Below the pieces are notes generated by a model, which saw only the letters and a list, made by a program, of their open reading frames with translations, was not told where the DNA came from and did no database searches. The position numbers and the translations under genes are program-made. 64,000 nucleotides of DNA from an uncultured delta proteobacterium (GTDB lineage Bacteria > Desulfobacterota > Binatia > UBA9968), in the NCBI GenBank assembly GCA_963755715.1, contig CAVWLW010000045.1, positions 43,425-107,424 on the forward strand, in the 5' to 3' direction. Below are positions 61,785-64,000 of this stretch, in pieces (positions within the stretch are counted from its first letter, which is position 1; the number at the start of each line of letters is the position of its first letter).

Positions 61785-61823
61785 CGGTCGGAAAAGACTG
61801 ACCGATTCACTTAATAGTTAGGC
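61785..61823 (+). other. Putative attI (core GTTAGGC at 61817-61823)
   Basis: GTTRRRY just before the first cassette gene, complementary to the GCCTAAC of attC1; not preceded by an attC. Confidence 0.7.
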
Positions 61824-61836
61824 GCACAAAACGAAA

Positions 61837-62330
61837 ATGCGTGCCTCAGCGAAACTGATCTTCTTGTGTGGAAAAATGGCGGCAGGCAAATCGACTCTCG
61901 CGAGAGATTTGGCAGAGCGGGGAAATGCCGTCCTTCTGGTGCAGGACGAACTGATAGATAGGTTGTTCCCTGGGAGATCACTGACATACCAGGATTCGTC
62001 AAGTACTCATCCCGACTCAAGGATGCGCTTGCGCCTCATATTTGCTCTCTACTGTCGAAAGGCATCTCTGTTGTGCTCGACTTTCCCGGCAACACGAAAA
62101 CGCAGCGCGCGTGGTTTCGCCAGTTATTTGAAAACGCAAATGCTGAACATGAACTGCATTTTGTAGACGCGCCGGATGCCTTGTGCAAACGTCAACTCAA
62201 GGATCGAAGCAAAGATCTTCCTCCTGGCAGCGCCTGGACAACGGATGCAGATTTCGAAGCGATCACCGTATATTTCCAGCCTCCTTCAGAGGAAGAAGGG
62301 TTTAATGTCGTCCATCACAAGCGCGCCTAA
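61837..62330 (+). CDS. Cassette 1: AAA_33-type P-loop kinase/ATP-binding protein; apparent frameshift ~61975
   Basis: CGKMAAGKST Walker A; VLDFPGNT...R; YFQPPSEEEGF. Confidence 0.85.
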
Positions 62331-62414
62331 CAACACGCTGGTTCCGACGGCCAAATCGCTGCGCGCTTTGGTTCCCTCCCGTTGGTCGGCCGCGGCACAG
62401 CGTGCGCGTTAGGC
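62325..62414 (+). other. attC site 1 (90 bp)
   Basis: R'' GCCTAAC, L'' GCTGGTTC, L' GCACAGC, R' GTTAGGC; overlaps the cassette 1 stop codon. Confidence 0.9.
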
Positions 62415-62443
62415 TGCCCCACGATTATCGGTACTCTTACGTA

Positions 62444-62994
<551 letters not shown>

Positions 62995-63025
62995 AGAAAG
63001 GCCTCGTGGCGACGAAGCTGGGGCC

Positions 63026-63101
63026 GCCTAACATGCGCGTGCAGCGGACTCGCTCATCGCCTTCGGCTCTTCGCTCGCCGCTGACGCGCTACCCGTTAGA
63101 C
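63026..63101 (+). other. attC site 2 (76 bp)
   Basis: R'' GCCTAAC...CGCGTGCAGCGG...CCGCTGACGCG...R' GTTAGAC. Confidence 0.9.
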
Positions 63102-63113
63102 GGTCACATAGAA

Positions 63114-63680
63114 ATGGTTCGCACGATAGAAGTCACAGAATACGACATTGCCTGGACAAGGGTGTTCGACGAAGAAGCGATGGCCCTCAAAGTCATCTTT
63201 GGAGACTCGCTTGTGACCATCCATCATATCGGTAGTACGGCAATTCCGGGACTCCTTGCGAAACCGATCATTGATGTTCTAGTCGTTATCAAGGAAACAA
63301 AGACAATCGAGCGGTTCGGCAGCGCGATGGAACAATTAGGGTATCGAGTCCGAGGTGAGTGTTTGGGACGCCGAAGTCCCTGGAACTCGTGGGCGCTTCT
63401 ATTTCAGCAAAGACACCGACGGCGTGCGCAGCCACCAAGTTCACGTCTGCGCTGTTGGTCATCCGGAAGTGGCCGACAAGCTGGCGTTTCGCGACTACTT
63501 GCGAGCGCATCCGGATCGCGCTGGTCGCCTACGGAAGTCTCAAACAGCGTCTCGCAGTCCTCAACCGTCACGATATTATCGGGTATATGCGCGGAAAAAG
63601 CTACCGAGTCCGTAAAGGCCGTTTTGATTGAAGCGCGCAGATGGGCGGCGGCGACGCTTGCGCGCGACCGTGACGTCTAA
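63114..63680 (+). CDS. Cassette 3: GrpB (UPF0157) family protein; several apparent frameshifts
   Basis: YDIAW...F..E, HHIGSTAIPGLLAKPIID, LGY, FRDYLRAHP, Y..LK, Y..GK. Confidence 0.85.
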   Translation: MVRTIEVTEYDIAWTRVFDEEAMALKVIFGDSLVTIHHIGSTAIPGLLAKPIIDVLVVIKETKTIERFGSAMEQLGYRVRGECLGRRSPWNSWALLFQQRHRRRAQPPSSRLRCWSSGSGRQAGVSRLLASASGSRWSPTEVSNSVSQSSTVTILSGICAEKATESVKAVLIEARRWAAATLARDRDV

Positions 63681-63737
63681 CACGCCGCTGCAGCCGACCG
63701 CTGAAGAGCGTGACGGCTGAGCGGCAAACCGTTATGC
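63675..63737 (+). other. attC site 3 (63 bp)
   Basis: R'' GTCTAAC...GCCGCTGCAGCCG...CGGCTGAGCGGC...R' GTTATGC. Confidence 0.9.
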
Positions 63738-63755
63738 CGCTAGGCCCCAATCCGA

Positions 63756-64000
63756 ATGAATGATTCTGAGAAAATAGTTTTTGAGCATCTTAAGGCTCGG
63801 GGCTTTAGTAGGATCATATACGAACCTGATGGCAATGTTCCGCCTGACTTTGTAATCGACGGCCGAATTGCGGTTGAAGCGCGTCGATTGAACGAGAACG
63901 AAAAAACCGCAACCGGACATCGCGGTCTTGAGGAAATGTCAAAGCCCCTGACTGCCCTAATCAAGAAGGCCCTCGCTGCAATAGGCCCTCCAAAGTATGG
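63756..64000 (+). CDS. Cassette 4 gene (partial): possible PD-(D/E)xK nuclease-like protein
   Basis: Translated by hand: MNDSEKIVFEHLKARGFSRIIYEPDGNVPPDFVIDGRIAVEARRL...; open to the window end; absent from the ORF track. Confidence 0.7.
   Translation, partial: MNDSEKIVFEHLKARGFSRIIYEPDGNVPPDFVIDGRIAVEARRLNENEKTATGHRGLEEMSKPLTALIKKALAAIGPPKY

Overview
Bacterial chromosomal window with moderately high GC. It is rich in orphan NMT1/SsuA-type substrate-binding proteins, Amidohydro_2 enzymes and LLM/cupin/ThDP enzymes, a profile I associate with Binatia-like 'Deltaproteobacteria' (inference only). Many genes carry single-base indels, which look like long-read consensus errors. Main content: a catabolic and uptake cluster (8.3-19.8 kb); a molybdopterin oxidoreductase with a fused ferredoxin/NrfD partner; recQ; alaC-hom-apgM-glpX-dus-maf; two TIR-domain fusion genes; three copies of an unnamed protein family with a duplicated LRxIG motif; tag; can; and at the right end an integron whose intI is co-oriented with a downstream cassette array (attI, three complete attC cassettes, a fourth running off the window). 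The standout is that intI is interrupted, between the LLGH histidine and the catalytic tyrosine, by a 283-bp element. This element is bounded by a perfect 13-bp inverted repeat and encodes only an 87-aa GIY-YIG nuclease, whose C-terminus lies in the right repeat. Removing 283 bp restores a canonical IntI C-terminus. I recognised no tRNA, rRNA or CRISPR array. All calls come from reading motifs by eye; no searches were run.
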